Shown in pieces: positions 63,528 through 64,000 of a DNA stretch of 64,000 bases; the stretch's first letter is position 1; the number at the start of each line of letters is the position of its first letter. The stretch is from Malacoraja senta (Eukaryota). Where the stretch lies: NCBI GenBank assembly GCA_038087875.1, contig JAXLNO010001599.1, positions 124,001 through 188,000 of the forward strand, in the 5' to 3' direction. The position numbers were made by a program, and so were the translations under genes. The notes under the pieces were generated by a model. It was not told where the DNA came from. It made no database searches and saw only the letters and a list, made by a program, of their open reading frames with translations.

Positions 63528-64000
63528 GTACGGTGCTGGGATTCACTCTAATCATCACATCTTTTACCCCGTCACAAAATAGGGCCAGGCAAGTTTTGCA
63601 CTGAAGGACAGGTGTTGTAGTGTGTGAGTGAGGGAGTGATAACCAAGAGGCCTAGACTAGTGTCAAGAAGAGTCAAGAGTGTTTTATTGTCATATGTCCC
63701 GGACGGGACAAGGAAATTCTTACTTGCTGCAGGACAACAGAATATGTGAATATGTAAACATAGTGCATAACGGGGGAAGAGAAAAAAAGAAAAAGATCAA
63801 TAAATAACAAATAGTGCAAATAACAAACAATAATATAGTATTTAGCCTGATGGCCTGATGATAAAAACAGTTCTTAAGTCTGGTGGTACTTGCAGCCATG
63901 CTCCTGTATCGTCTGCCTGTCGGTAACAAGGAGAACAGTCTATGTGCTGGGTGGCTGTGGTCCATGATGATGCTGTGTGCCTTCCGCAGGCAACGCCGGT

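Noticed and set aside
57665-64000. IgW transmembrane exons
   Set aside because: I found no hydrophobic CART-like TM peptide with splice sites here or between CH2 and C3a; they are probably beyond the window
1-64000. CRISPR arrays, rRNA/tRNA genes, prokaryotic operons
   Set aside because: The sequence is vertebrate, with spliced exons and LINEs; the tandem repeats have no unique spacers; no RNA gene was recognised

Overview
Vertebrate (cartilaginous fish, most likely a skate or ray) genomic DNA holding most of one immunoglobulin heavy-chain cluster of the IgW (IgX) class on the + strand. The first ~25 kb is almost all interspersed repeats (CR1, L2, RTE, hAT- and Harbinger-type elements, low-complexity tracts). 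The cluster runs: TATA (25546), leader exon (25640-25685), V exon (25800-26112) with a consensus 22-bp-spacer RSS, a J-containing segment only 392 bp further on (26505-26557) whose best RSS has a 12-bp spacer, CH1, CH2, the cysteine-rich short secretory exon, then an expanded run of C exons: C3a, C4a, truncated C5, C3b, C4b, C3c, C4c, C5, terminal C6 with secretory tailpiece, and, after that terminal exon, C3d and C4d. Main points of interest: (1) no free D segment, with an RSS geometry that fits a germline pre-joined VD-DJ gene; (2) a recent tandem duplication (45256-53073 versus 53074 to the window end) whose first copy lost 6.1 kb including the terminal secretory exon, which could allow a 10-C-domain secreted IgW; (3) an AID-hotspot-rich tandem repeat in the J-CH1 intron. 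No TM exons are visible in the window. Exon names C3-C6 are homology labels that I assigned from the translations. Nothing here was checked against databases.
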